A program made the translations under genes and the position numbers. From NCBI GenBank assembly GCA_043228905.1, contig JBHGNT010000015.1, forward strand, positions 11,780,001 through 11,844,000: a stretch of 64,000 bases of DNA, written 5' to 3'. This document shows positions 50,863 through 64,000 of this stretch, in pieces. Each line of letters starts with the position of its first letter. The stretch's first letter is position 1. Origin of the DNA: Azolla caroliniana. Its lineage: Eukaryota > Plantae > Polypodiophyta. The notes under the pieces were generated by a model. The model ran no database searches. It was not told the DNA's origin and saw nothing but the letters and a program-made list of their open reading frames with translations.

Positions 50863-53800
50863 TCACTGATCAAATGGGAATTCAGAATCATTTTCCAATA
50901 CTTTGAAGGGCTGTGGATGCTTTCCAGTGCAATATAGGTTCCACATCTTGAAATATGCTCTTTCGAGATTTTTCACCTGAATATATACATAAACAAAACA
51001 AAAAATTAAACGGGAGGAAAGGTATTCATACAATTTTTTTCCTGCATACAGAAAAAAACACGTTGAAAAAATGTAAAAGCAAATTGCTCGAGTTAAAAAA
51101 ATAATTTTAATATGATCATTCAAAAGTAAAAACAAATAGGAAAAGAACTGATACTTAACCCATCGTGCAGTATCAAACAACGGGCAAGACATTCGAACCT
51201 CCCGAAGCCTTGTAGTGAGCGACGTCAACATCGATGGATTTGTTGCCAGTAACACTGCTCTTTCTTCATATTCTTTCATACTGATTTAAACCAAGCAATC
51301 AAACCAAATCATATAGGAGATGATACTTTATAACAAAATAACAAACATATCTGTATTTAGTAAAGTACTTTACAACTATCAAAGAGGATACTAATAAACA
51401 AAAACAGATTGTGCACATGTCAAAAGTGTTTTTAAGCATGTGTATGTGTGAAAGTACAACATACCTATATACCACCATTTCGTCGCCGAGTCCAGTGGCC
51501 ATGCAGAGTGAACCGGCGACTCTTGTAGCCATTTTTTCTAAAGGAATTGTGATCATTGGCACTCCCGCCCATAAAACATCAGTCCCCGTCGTGTGTGCAT
51601 TGCACAACGGTCTGAATTTAACACATAGATGTGTACATGTGTTTGAGAAAATTGAATAAAAAGAGAGTGCATTACAACAACATGCATCACAATGAATTGA
51701 GTAATCAAAAAACAGAACTCCATTACGAGAAAAATACATAAATGGAGTATTGACTGATTTTGACTTTCCAAAAACAGATATTGGAATATTCTAGACACCA
51801 TTTCAATGATTCATTTTGGAATCATATAGCACACAGGTTTTGAAAAGCTTACGTATCCAAGAAGAGATCAGCTAAAGAACTTCGACGAATGTGCTCGTTT
51901 TTGATTGCCACATCGGTAAAAATTATCTGCTCAGGATTTACACCTTGTGACAGAGCATCTAAAAGGAACAAAAGACATAAGAAATGCAAAACGTGGAATG
52001 CAAACAAGCACAAAAGAACCAAAAACAAGAAACATTCACAACAACACCATATATTTACATGTTCGTAGCCTGTTTTCACCAGCTGCCGGGAAGCGCAAAA
52101 GCCATAATGCACTATTTGGGACTCTCTTCAATATGTTGCACCTATGCATATACAGATGGAAGAAAGGGACAAATCAAATTCAAATTACAATTTTAAGGAA
52201 GAAAAGACATTTTCTTCTCAAGAGAAAACCACACCATGTCATAAACACTTCTGGATCAATCTTGTATAGCTGATTAAAACACGCAAACAAGAATTTGTCT
52301 TCAGGTAAACCATAGTCTGATCGTTTGGGCTGGCAGCTAGGATCAAGGACATCTAAATTCTTCTGCAATAACAGAAGACATGTTACGTCAATCTCACATT
52401 GAAGACTAAGTTTTTGATAATACTTCAATAAAAAGGTGTACTTCACCTGCTTATAATCATTCACAAAGTAACAATGTGGTAGATGAACAAGCATCTCTGA
52501 ATAGATGTGCGAATAACAACTTGGCGACACAAACTGTATATTTTCAAAAAAGGCAAGGCAGGCAGGGTTAGACACCATCATATACTTGTTTGCACATAGT
52601 GCAATATCAGTTTCATCATATACTTAAATGTGGGCCAACCATGTGTTGAATAAGTTAAAAATGGATGACTACTTTTTACTAGTCTCTTCTTTTATAAAAA
52701 CACAAACAATGAGCATGGCCATTATGTTAAGTTCTTGATTCAATAATTTGTATCAATACACAGAAAATTCAACTAGTCCTCTGGGTTTCAGATTTAGGGT
52801 TCAAGAGCAATGTAAAAAAATACAGGGGAAACTACCTCATCTGTCACCAGATAATGTATGTAGTCAGCTCCAGTAGTCCCAGGAAACCCCATATAAGAAA
52901 CCTGTATTGGAGCTGGCTGCATCGCAAAAATTTCATTCCTTGCACCCTGAATTTAGCCAAAACATGCATTAAGAACAAGACCAAGGAGGAAACATTCTTT
53001 AACAACCAAGTCCAACAATAACAAAAAATTTACCTTCTTAGATTAGGAAAGCCAATTATGAATTCCTGTGAAAACAAACAATACCTTTGTATAGCCATTA
53101 AGGTTGATCAGGATCTGGATCTGATCTTCTGATATAAGCCTCGCAATTGCATCTGACATTGCAGAAGACACATCCTTGAAATGCTCTGCTTCTGATGCTG
53201 TGCGCTGCCGCCATTCACTACCATCATTTGGACTCAGTGCATAGCAGAAAACCTCTACATTCTCTCTATTGTGCATCCCAAACACAGATCCCATAAGGTG
53301 AGACAGAGGATGGTTCCCAAAGTCACTGCTTACATAGCTGCAAAAACATATTCAGAGCATAGGTGAAACAATATTTCAAGTTCACGGAGCATGGAAAATT
53401 ATTTATGATAGCTAAATCTGTAGCACAGAAGCACGATATATTTGAAGTCCCCAGAAAATAGAAATTGATTTATGATCGCAAATCTCCAATACACTATACC
53501 CTATTCTCAATCTTTCTACTCCACCATCGCTTTTCACGCGCACTGGTAAAGGATATGAAAATGTCGGCAAGGTGAACCGTGAAGCAACTAGCGCAGAATG
53601 CTTCGCATATTGCCGACTACAGAAAAAAATTAGTTGCACAATAAGCTAGCTTGACATTCGTAGTAAATCGAATAACATGAGTTAATGCATAAAGAGAATA
53701 ATGAATCAAGAATAATGTTTCACCTTATGTCTAAAGCTAGGATAGGGTCGATTGGATATGCGATTGCGTGAAACGGTTGCACACTAGGAAGATATTGCAT

Positions 53801-56800
53801 CTGACACAATTTTGAAATAGAATGTTTATTGTAACACATTATTATGCTTCCACAGACTCAATAGCACATTATTAAAATCAAAGTATTCCCAAATTGCATA
53901 CTTTGATCTGTTGCTTGATGACATGCTCTATTTCCACAAATTTGTTATCCCGGTCCTCCCAATTGCAGACACACTAAAACAAACCATTCCTCTTCATTAG
54001 AATCTTGTCAACAGAAAACAAAAGATAGAAAAAATGACCACAAATCTGGAAGAAAATCAACAAAAGTCATATTTCCCAAAGGCCATCATTCATGAATATC
54101 ATCATTAAGAGAATACGCAACTCATAATTATCCCAAATGCACATAAGTTCCATGAGAAGAAGGGATGAATTAACCATATAATTGGTCAAGAAAGGTTAAC
54201 TGAAAGCATCTTAACAAGTAGCAAAAACTTACAGCTGTTTGGGGAAATAAAGACAAACTACTAGAGTATTTCAGATCTTTTTCATAAAGCATATTAATCA
54301 GTGAATAGTCAAACCTGTAAAGTGTGAAGCAAGTTACACGTGGCCTCAGGAAAATCCGGCCTTAGCACCAGTGCTTGTTTATAGCTTTTGATGGCTGCTT
54401 CGACATGTCCACTGCAAAAACACAGATTAATCTGAGAGTGCCATATTAAAATGCAGCTCCGTCAGAGATATACAGCAAGGGAGCGAAAGAAAGTGAGAAA
54501 TATTAGATGGCATATAAACCAACCTATCTTTGTACGCTGACGCTAGATTTGCATGACCTTCAGCCATGGTTGGACGTATCGTCACTGCCCGAATATAATC
54601 TTGAATAGCCTCTGCCACTCGGCCTGATTCCTTCAGGGTGTTTCCTCTGTTCACAAGGCCATCGGCTGCAAGAGGATCTATGCGTAAAACCTCATTGTAG
54701 CAAGCTATGGCCTCAGCGTGGTGTCCCTACCATAACACATTCCCCAATGCTTTAACATCTTTCGAGGACATATAAAAGATGCACTAAATAAGTGGGTCTC
54801 CATAAACACTGCAAAACCTGTTGCTTGTATATCGTTGCCAAGTTGTTGTAAGGAGCTGATAAGCCAGTTGTTACTGCAAGCGTAGCTTTATAAAAGTTTG
54901 CTGCTACATTGACCATGTTTCTGGGCAATATAAATGCACAAAGCACTTAAAATCAAGAAAAGAAACAACAGAGATTTCAAAATGACTGTGCTACTGTAGG
55001 ATGGGGATGCACATACGCTTCCATGTAAATGTTCCCAAGGTTTGTTAGTGCCTGTGGATGATTTGCTTGAAGCTGAAGGCATGCCTGTGTTATAATATGA
55101 ATACAGCTAGATGACTTCATCAGATTGCTCTCCATAGAAATTATATCCCTATTATTGACATTCTCACAGTCATTATTAGGCATTTAACCTGATAGCAAAC
55201 AACTGCCTCTTCAACTTTTCCTGCATCCTTCAATGCATTGCCCTGTAATAGACGAATCCAAGTAATGTTTCAATATGATGATAGAGGATTGTACAGTCTT
55301 CTACAACGTTAAGTAGTCACGAGTGATATTACACCAAAAAATGGTACATGAAACTCACAAGATTATTGTATGCCTCCAAGAAGGTTGAATCCAATAAAAT
55401 AGCTTGTTTATAATGTATAATGGCCAGTTCAAGATTGTTCTGCTCATAGTGTACGCTTGCAAGATTACCTGCAATCAGACCGGGCCCAGCAATAGCCCCC
55501 ATCACCCAAACCACCCAAGACTGGTAACACCAGATACTAAAAGTGATAGCCCCTTTTATATAAAACAATTGTTTGCGAAGCATATAACCAGGTATTGGTA
55601 ATCTTTTTATTCAATTCACTACCAAAAAGGCAATGAATTGCAAGCATTCCTTCTCCATGTGTATGTGTGACCATCGAAACCCTAACTAGAATATCAGATA
55701 CACAAGGATCACCTCTAATGACAAAAGCAAACAAGGTGGTCATTCGAAAAAGGTGCTAAGTATTCCTATTATCTATTACTCCAAGCTATATATATATATA
55801 TAATATACCCCACCATCCAAGAAAGCTGCAATGTGTAAAGCAATTATCAAATAAAATAATATAGAGAGAGAGCACACATAGGACGTTTTTTTTATATATT
55901 TATATATATATGTATATATTATTGTATATCGAACCACGAAGTGGTGAGACAGCCACCGGCATTCTCGGAACCTGATGCAATCCTTAGCCAGGACCTATGT
56001 GTGTACAGACAAAAAGTCACACATGCCATGCAAACTCTCAGCACACGTCGTAGAAGCAAAAAATATATATACACTTCACGTATCCAAGGTTAAGAAAATC
56101 TACAACAGAGGAACAAAGAAAAACAAAAACAAAGACAAACAAAAGTTATTTCTTTCAAAACTTACCGTAAGCTATAGCATATTCAGGTCTGATCTGAATT
56201 GCTTTTTGATAGCATAAAATTGCTTCTTGAGGCCTTCCAATTGCCTGAAAACCATAGGTGTTCCACAATGAGGAAATTCATTTCATGTATTTTACAATGA
56301 TTAATGATAAAATATAGAGGTTCCAAAACAAATACAAGTATAACTTCATATTTTTATCAGCCTCTTCACTTCCCATATAATTTGAAAAAATAATTCTCAC
56401 CTTCAAAACATTTCCTTGATTCATATAAGCATCAGCAAAGCTGGGCTTCAAACGAATAGCTTCCTGTCAATAGAAGCAAATTAGATGAGCATTCTATGAC
56501 ATCACATACAACATTTGCTGAATCCAAAGTCACGGAGTCGATACTTCTTTTTTTTTGAACATTCCCATGATGCAACATAGCAAAGCAGGAAAATGTTCAC
56601 AAAAACATTCAATAAGATAAGAGTTTTTATTGAACAATAGAGCCATTACTTTGTAATATGCAAGTGCCTTTTGATAATCCCCGGCTTCCATAAATAAGCC
56701 AGCTATGTTTGACCATGCAATGGCAAATGTTGGCTGAATCCGTATTGCCTCCGCATAACAAACATATGCCTGCCATAGCAAATACACTTCTAAGATGGCA

Positions 56801-59019
56801 AGAAACAGGAGGATAAATGTTCGACCTCATTTTAACAAACAAAAAAATACTTACATGTTGAGACAGGCCACGGGCCTTTAACAAATTCCCTAAATTGCTA
56901 TATGCATCGACCTAGTATAAATAGCCCAAAAAAACACTCATTACATAAATTAAATAAGACAGTTTAAATAATGGATGAATCTTAACATTTGATTCATGAG
57001 ATTACCAGCTTTGGATTGATTGCAAGAGCTTGATGACAACACTCTTCAGCTTCACGAAGCATCCCTTTGCGCATATAAGCACTCGCAAGATTAGACCATG
57101 CGTCACAAAATCTTGGGCGCAGCTGCAAATACCAAAAACCACAGCCAGAAATGTATGACACTAAAATCCATCTAAAAGTTACTTGTGGGTTGTAAAACCA
57201 ACAGACAGATACCTCAATTGCAGCACAATAGAACCTAATTGCTAGGTCAATGTCCCCTTTCTCCTGCAAATAATTCATCATCAGATCATCCCATTCATTA
57301 GATTCATTTTGCTAGTCTTGTTGATAAAAAATATCATTCACCTTCCATGCATTAGCCATGTTTCCATAGCACTCAGCAAAATCGGGATCAATCCGGAGAG
57401 CTTCTTCGTTTTTCTTAATGCACATGTCATAGTCATGAAGCTGAGAAACAAAACACCAAAACGGATCCTTCATATTTTCCAAAGCAAACAAGGGGAAGGT
57501 AATCAAGGAAATTTTCAATGCATCTTTGATTGCTCACATTCAAATGAGAAAGCTTGAACCATACCTGGTAATAAATAGCACCCAAGAGCAACAATGCCTC
57601 GGTCCTCGATGGGTTCTTCTCATGTACCAAACCACAATACTCTAATGCTTTATTATAATTTCCATCTTTGTATTCTTTATGAGACAAAGTCAGGAGGGCG
57701 TCTTCATCCACTGGATTCCAACAGAAAAATACTTAAACAAATGAAGTATACTTCGAAGATGAGCATTACATGAAGCTAACAGATGAAAGCTATAGATGCC
57801 AAACAAAGCTAGTGTCAGGGAATTATGTGAGTAGCACAAATCAGTAATTACCATTTGAACTTAGCCAATAAATGTATATACATACATACACACGAGCCAA
57901 AGTCAGGAGAGAACTAAAAGAGTAACTATTTGCATTTGAACTTAGCTTCGTACATATACACAGAGACACATATATGCACACCTACACACACATACAAACA
58001 CACCTACACACACAAGCCAGAGACAGGAGATGATTATAAAAGTAACAAATACATGAAATTAGTCCATAATAAATACATGAAAGGATGTGTATATATATGT
58101 ATACATTCTCATACATACATATACATATAGGGCACACAGATACATACAACATTCTCATGTTGAAATTTAGTCCATAATAAATACATGAAAGGATGTGTAT
58201 ATATGTATACATTCTCATACATACATATACATATATGGCACACAGATATACACATACATACGAGAAAGAGTTCACTGCAGTAGCAATAAAAACACTTGAG
58301 AATGGGGTAGGCTATAAGCATAAATTGAGGCTAGCTTTGAGAGGTATAGACACAAACTGCCAAACAAGCTAGAAGATTAACACAAAACAGTGTCTACCAC
58401 TGAATTTTACCATTTTTGCCTCATAAATAAACCCACACAAACATGTATATGTATATGCACTTGCATGTAATGCTCTACCCATGACTCTCTGACCTTCAAT
58501 TGATGAAAGGCTTTTGAGACTGGTAGATTGATGCATAATCTGATATGGGATCTACAACCAGATGTAGCTAGGGTTATCTATTGCCCTCTATACATGTACT
58601 AGACAAAAATATATCAAATGCTAAAAAAACTGAAATTCCACGAATCAGGTGGCAAAAAGCTGAATTATTCCATGAGTTGGGAACCAGGAGATTTAATTAC
58701 TTGATGAATATTCGATAAAAATCTAGGAAGGTGACTTTTTTCAACACAATCGGCACTAAGGACTCAAAATTAAACAAGAAAAACAAACTTTTTTCTAATT
58801 TTGATCTAGTATTCTAAAAAGGAGAGAGATTTATCAACATATAAGATACCAAAACCAATGGGAATACTTACCCTCGGGTTGATCCAAGGCGATACTATGC
58901 TGGCGCAGAGTTGGCAAAACAGAGGATTTCTTCTTGGTCTGTGCGAACACCAGGTGTTCAGGAGCAGGGTTCTCCCTCATCAGCAATCCCTGCCTCATGG
59001 CACTCTGCACAGACATCAT
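50863..59019 (-). CDS. SEC: UDP-GlcNAc:protein O-GlcNAc transferase, SECRET AGENT type (about 23 exons; span given)
   Basis: TPR exons ([42 protein letters not shown]-like); catalytic motifs [46 protein letters not shown]; C-terminus [14 protein letters not shown]...[10 protein letters not shown]; GT-AG introns; first exon 58872-59019 is less certain. Confidence 0.96.
58059..58260. repeat. Duplication of about 107 bp with TA/CA microsatellites in SEC intron 1
   Basis: TTAGTCCATAATAAATACATGAAAGGATGTG occurs twice. Confidence 0.8.
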
Positions 59020-59339
59020 GCTGGAGGAGAAAACACCTCAAACCAGAGGTGCAAGTCAAAAAAAAAAATCAGGGTTGGGAAGAAGAAGAGAAGGCCCGAA
59101 TCACAGAAAACAGAGGGGGATAATTAGGATTTCCTTTTCCCTCTCCTCATATCAGTTTGTTTCTCTCTCTTTCTGTGCGTGTGTGAGGGGGGAGGGGGGG
59201 GGGTGCATGGAAAGCTTCGGTGGATGGGTGTGCTTTTTTGCCCCTGCTTTTTGCTTACTCTGTTCTCTCAAATTGCCCTCAAATTTCTAATTACATACAT
59301 ATATACTCTCGTTCCTTCTAGACCTCCTTCTCCTCCATC

Positions 59340-59700
59340 TTTATGTATACATATACATATATGTGTATATCTGTGGAACAGTGGATCTGTATGTATATAC
59401 ATGGATCTGTATGTGTATGTATATGGATCTGTGTATGTATATACATGGATCTTGTATATATCCGGATCTATATGTGTATGTATATGGATCTGTATATGTA
59501 TATACATGGATCTTGTATATATCTGGATCTGTATGTGTATGTATATGGATCGTATATGTATATACATGGATCTTGTATATATCTGGATTTGTGTGTGTGT
59601 ATGTGTGTGTATATGTTTGCATGCAAATGCCTCCCTCCATCCCACACTAGGATCATGCATATATCTAGATTTGTATGTGTATGTATACGGATGTGAATAT
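59340..59700. repeat. TGGATCT-(GTAT)n minisatellite upstream of SEC
   Basis: TGGATCT recurs about every 20 bp with a higher-order period of about 60 bp. Confidence 0.85.
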
Positions 59701-61298
59701 GTGTGGAGGTGCCCCCAACCATCCCACTATCGATGACTTGGCTTAACCTACAATACATATTCATAATTTGATGTCGTCGCCTTGGCACTTCGCTTCATCG
59801 TATTGCATTTTCACTTGACCTCCTCCTCCTCCACCTTTTACAAGTTACTCGTGTTTGACTTGCCATGCTAGTTTCATATGGCCTTCCTCTACCAATTTTT
59901 TCAGTCATCATCATGTGATTGTGGGTGGTCTTTTGGCTTGGGAATCTCGGTTTGTGGTGGTGGTGCGCAACTCTTTCGATGAAGTATGTGGTCTTTATTC
60001 AAATTAGAGGATGGTAATTGGCTTTTGATGTGATTTATGAGGTCTTCTTACGTTATTGTATGTGGCGCGTGGTTTTCATTGCTCTAAAAATGATACTTAG
60101 ATCAACATGCATAATGTTGATTTGCCACTATAAGATCCTTTGTAGAGAAAGAATGTGTGATGTCCATTAAAGCACCAAACAATCCTACGTATCCTCTATG
60201 GAATGCCTTTATTAGCCCTAACATCGACCCTATTGAGTTTGCCAACACATTTACCCCTTACTTAACTTTATACACCTAAGCTCAAAAGCTCAATCTTCTT
60301 TTAAACAAATGTTTGGCTAGTACTAACTAGGAAGAACAAACTCATAGGGATGGAATCTTGAGAATATCGCATCATGACACCCTAGTATTATGCTTGTATT
60401 GGTTCGAGAACATTTCCCAAGGAATATGGAGGCAAAGTTCTAATTTAAGGAAGTTTGTGCAACATTTACACAAGAGGTAGTCTCCTAGTTTTGACTCCTC
60501 CCAATAGAGTTTTTGCCTTGGATATCCAATGATTTATGCTTTTTGTGGTTTGTTATATCCATTTTGGAAGTCATCGTACTTAGAATTTATTTTTCCTTTA
60601 TGATATATGTTAATTAGGGCACTTAAGAACATTGGAGCATAGCCAAATACATGTTACATCTGGTACACTTACATGTTTGAGTACTAATTTGAGGTTGGAT
60701 ATATATATAAGCCTACACTTGGAATGACTTTTATGCGTTGAGTATGGTGGTAGCATTAACAATGTAGAATTGTTTCATGAATTTGAAATTAATGCCATGT
60801 TTTATATAAAAGCATATTCTGCTATAATATCCCTATGAGCTTTAATATTTCTTATTTAAGATATTTGACATATGCCTAAATATATGCAAGAAACATCCCA
60901 AATAGGTTATTAGACTATAGGTTATCAATAATATAAGTAGGGATTACATGATGCTTCTTTATTAAGATTGCACAAATTGTATTTCCATTATGATAAGTTT
61001 AAATTATTCACTCTATGTCGGTTGCAACCATTGCTAGCCTATGTTGCTTGTTGCCACACCTACAATTACTTGCATGGTAGAGATAGGTGTCATCATTATG
61101 ATCAAATATTGTAACTTTGGTAAAATCTTGTTTTCTCAATTTAATAAGTCATATTTTATCATATAAACGTTGCTTCTTGCATCTTACACTATCTCCATCA
61201 CTTTTTTGTGTCATCTCTCTCTCGTTTTCATTACGAACTATCCTCATTCATAACCTTGACTATTCAACACGTTGATCATGAACTCTATGAAAAAATTT

Positions 61299-62880
61299 TG
61301 GTGAGCTCAACGTTGTCGTGAAGAAAACCGTCCATAAGCGGAATCGGCAGACCAAGGCGTGGGAACCGGTTCCTCACGCGCGCACGCTCCAAGTCGAACA
61401 TAGAAGCGAGTTAGGAGGATAATCGGCAGGAACGGGCCCTAACACGAGTGGAGACAAAGACCGCGCGAACAGTCTTTTCGGTCGCGCGCGCGAGCTAAGG
61501 GACGGCACGAGTCGGCGGCGTAACGACGCGTATGCGTGAAGAACGGAGCGGATCCCTGTTCGAAAGGGACAGGGAATAAAGCTGACAGGACGGCCTGCTC
61601 GTCGGGCTATATAAGAGCAGGAAAGAGCTGTTGCAGAGATCGGGGGGCGGAGAGGACGAAGTGCTGTCGGACCGTTTCTGGACGCTTCTCTCTCTCTGTT
61701 TCCTTCCTTCTTGAGCTCCATAGCTTTCTGTGCAGGGTTCCGAGGAGGCTCGCGCTGTTTCGAGGAACGCCCGAGTGCTTCCGGCAGCCCCTTTGTGCGT
61801 CGAAGTGAACAGGCATCGGCATCTGTTCGCCGGCCTGTTCGGTTGTAACCAACCTGTGCCCCGTCGAGGGTTGTAGTCGTGTTAGCCATTTTTCTTAATA
61901 CACATATTTAGTCATTCGCATCTGTCTGTGTCGGTGTCTGTTCGCGTTCACCGTGTTGAAGGGCCGCGTCCCTGTGTATCCCCCGGCCCTGCGTAGCCGG
62001 TTCTCTCCCTTTCTCCTCCCTCGCTTGCTCTTTGGTTCGAGACCCCCGCGGTCCTGCCTCGTTTCCACACGCACTTGCGTAAAATCTCGACAACGTGAAC
62101 CATCGATAGGGTGGGGGGGTCTCTGATAGAAGAAATGGTTGAGAATGGATTCATTGCATATATGGTCAACTTCATGATGACCTGAATAGTACAAGCACAA
62201 AGTGTTTCTATCTGATTGGAAAGCGAGTTGACACTTGCTATACAATCAGTTATTTAGAAGATTGGTCAATTCAACGGTGAAGACACCACAAGATTTTGGG
62301 AGTTCAATGAGAATGAAATGACCAATAAAGTGGCGACTGGGCTACGTATGATGGCTCAAATCAATTGAGTGGTGACTCTAGATCTTTGAGTAAAGGTTGC
62401 AAAATTTCAAGAAAGGTTCCGCATAGATGGATATGGATTTCGTTAAGCATTGTTAGATGAGTATATGCTTGATGACCTTACTAGACTCACAAAGAAGATC
62501 TTTCACAAGTGACCCGAGAAAGGAGGGAAAGGGCTCTCAATATCAGAATTACTGAGAGAATTTGAAAATAAGTGCAACAAGCGCTTGGTGAGGGATTTAG
62601 AGCTTCTTCGGTGTGAGAATGTAGATTTATTCATTGTGATAGAGGATGATGCTGATACCTTGAAAAATATTACTGTAAGAGATTTTCCAACACAAGAATC
62701 AACTACTCGAGCAAGAGGACAAAAAGGAAAAGAATTAGATTCACCAATTGACGAGATAATTAAAAGCATGAAGGATCTACAATTGAGGCTCACCAAGCCG
62801 GAGAAAGTTGAAAACTTTAATTAACAAAAGCCTAAGGAAGGTCGAAAAGAAAACTTTATCCACTAATGCATATGATGTGA
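61299..62880 (+). mobile_element. Old Trp-primed element relic (PBS and gag), split by the solo LTR
   Basis: Rejoined PBS TGGTGAGCTCAACGTGAA; GQFNGEDTTRF near 62264 resembles the family gag GKFNGNDVSRY. Confidence 0.6.
61314..62092 (+). repeat. GC-rich solo LTR (779 bp) with a 4-bp TSD
   Basis: TGTCGT...TCGACA termini; TSD ACGT (61310-61313 and 62093-62096); TATA box CTATATAAG near 61608. Confidence 0.88.
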
Positions 62881-62887
62881 TAGTACT

Positions 62888-62930
62888 TGTAAAGAATCGG
62901 AAGTGATTTTGTGCATGCGGAAGTGATATA

Positions 62931-62983
<53 letters not shown>

Positions 62984-64000
62984 ACGACATATACAGAAAT
63001 TTAACAAGAAGCAAGAATGAGCCAATAGTTACAAAGAGGAGGAGAAGGTGCTTATGTAGTCACCTTTTCTCTACGTTCTCTCACTACAACCACCACTTAA
63101 AAGGAGGTCGAGACTTAACTATACTAAATATGTGTCATAGAACCTTAAAGTTCTATGACACACTAGTTACTATACTAGGAGGTGGGGTGTTCACACACTT
63201 GGGTGTTCTTAGGGTGTGTTCCCACACTAGGGAAGTTGAGTTTGATTCTCAACGTGCCCCCTCAAACACAAAATTTGATCGCCAAAAAGTTGGTTCAGAC
63301 TGCTCTTCGGGTCGGCTTTGAGTCGGCTCCAGCTTCAGCTTCGAATAGCCGGCTCACTCCTATGTTTGCTCTGGTCCATTCGATGTCATGTCGGATGGCT
63401 TCTTATCCATACTCCCCCTCAAGCTCAGTTGGTCGGTGATCGAGAGACCGAGGTTCGTCGTGAATTGTCGTAGCTTGTCGGTTCCCAAGGCCTTCGTGAA
63501 GATGTCGGCCATCTACAAATTCATACTAATGTGTTGTAGGTTGACATTGCTGACCAAGACACGTTCTAGGAAGAAATGATAATGCACCTCAACATGCTTA
63601 ATTCAAGCGTGAAAGACAGGGTTCTGAGCTAGATGAATGTTGCTCATGTTGTCACAACACAGGAGAATCAAATCCTTGATGAGAACGCCCAGATCCTTCA
63701 ATATTTTTTTGAGCCAAACGGCGTCACATGTGGTGACGGCCACACCCCTGTATTCAGCTTTTGTGCTAGACAATGCGATTGTCGGCTACTTTTTACTACT
63801 CCACGATATGGCTCTACTGCTGAGGGAGAAGTCGAATCCCGATGTTGATCGTCTGTCGGTTTTGTAGCCAGCTCAATTAGCATCAATGTACCCTTCTAGT
63901 TGAATCGGTGTGGTTGATTTGTAGAGAATGTTGAAATCCATTGTCCCTCTCACATAGTGTAACACTCGCTTAGCACAGTCCAGGTGAATGTTTTGTGGTG
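62888..64000 (-). mobile_element. 3' end of a Ty1/copia (RNase H, PPT and LTR 62888-63254); runs off the right edge
   Basis: RNase H motifs (DRRSTSG, HVEVHYHF, ADIFTKALG); LTR ends TTGATTCTCAACG and contains (TG)n(AG)n. Confidence 0.85.

Noticed and set aside
50863-59019. SPINDLY (SPY) as an alternative identity
   Set aside because: [21 protein letters not shown] and the C-terminal tail match the SEC/OGT type, not SPY
59179-59788. Several Cys/Tyr/Ile-rich ORFs
   Set aside because: Products of the minisatellite
61374-61889. 171-aa GC-rich ORF
   Set aside because: Lies wholly within a solo LTR and has no recognisable domain

Overview
Plant nuclear DNA. A non-seed land plant is a tentative inference from the Tcn1-type chromoviruses. 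Positions 1-50 kb are a deeply nested retrotransposon cluster: a non-chromovirus Ty3/gypsy element with a long extra ORF after integrase, two Tcn1-like chromoviruses, at least four Ty1/copia elements (one near-intact Tnt1/Tork-like copy with almost identical LTRs), a LINE 3' relic, and several copies of a tRNA-Trp-primed LTR family lacking visible pol. The only host gene is a multi-exon SECRET AGENT (SEC) O-GlcNAc transferase on the minus strand (about 50.9-59.0 kb), followed by more LTR debris. Main observations: (1) the tRNA-Trp-primed, TGTCGT...CGACA-terminated group has 4-bp CpG-centred target sites and twice inserts into related elements; (2) two unrelated LTR families carry antisense tRNA-like A-box/B-box cassettes in U3; (3) both chromoviruses show Tf1-style self-priming geometry; (4) two copia elements have duplicated PPTs, one with an in-frame post-RNase H extension. 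All coordinates, alignments and family assignments were made by eye, without database searches.
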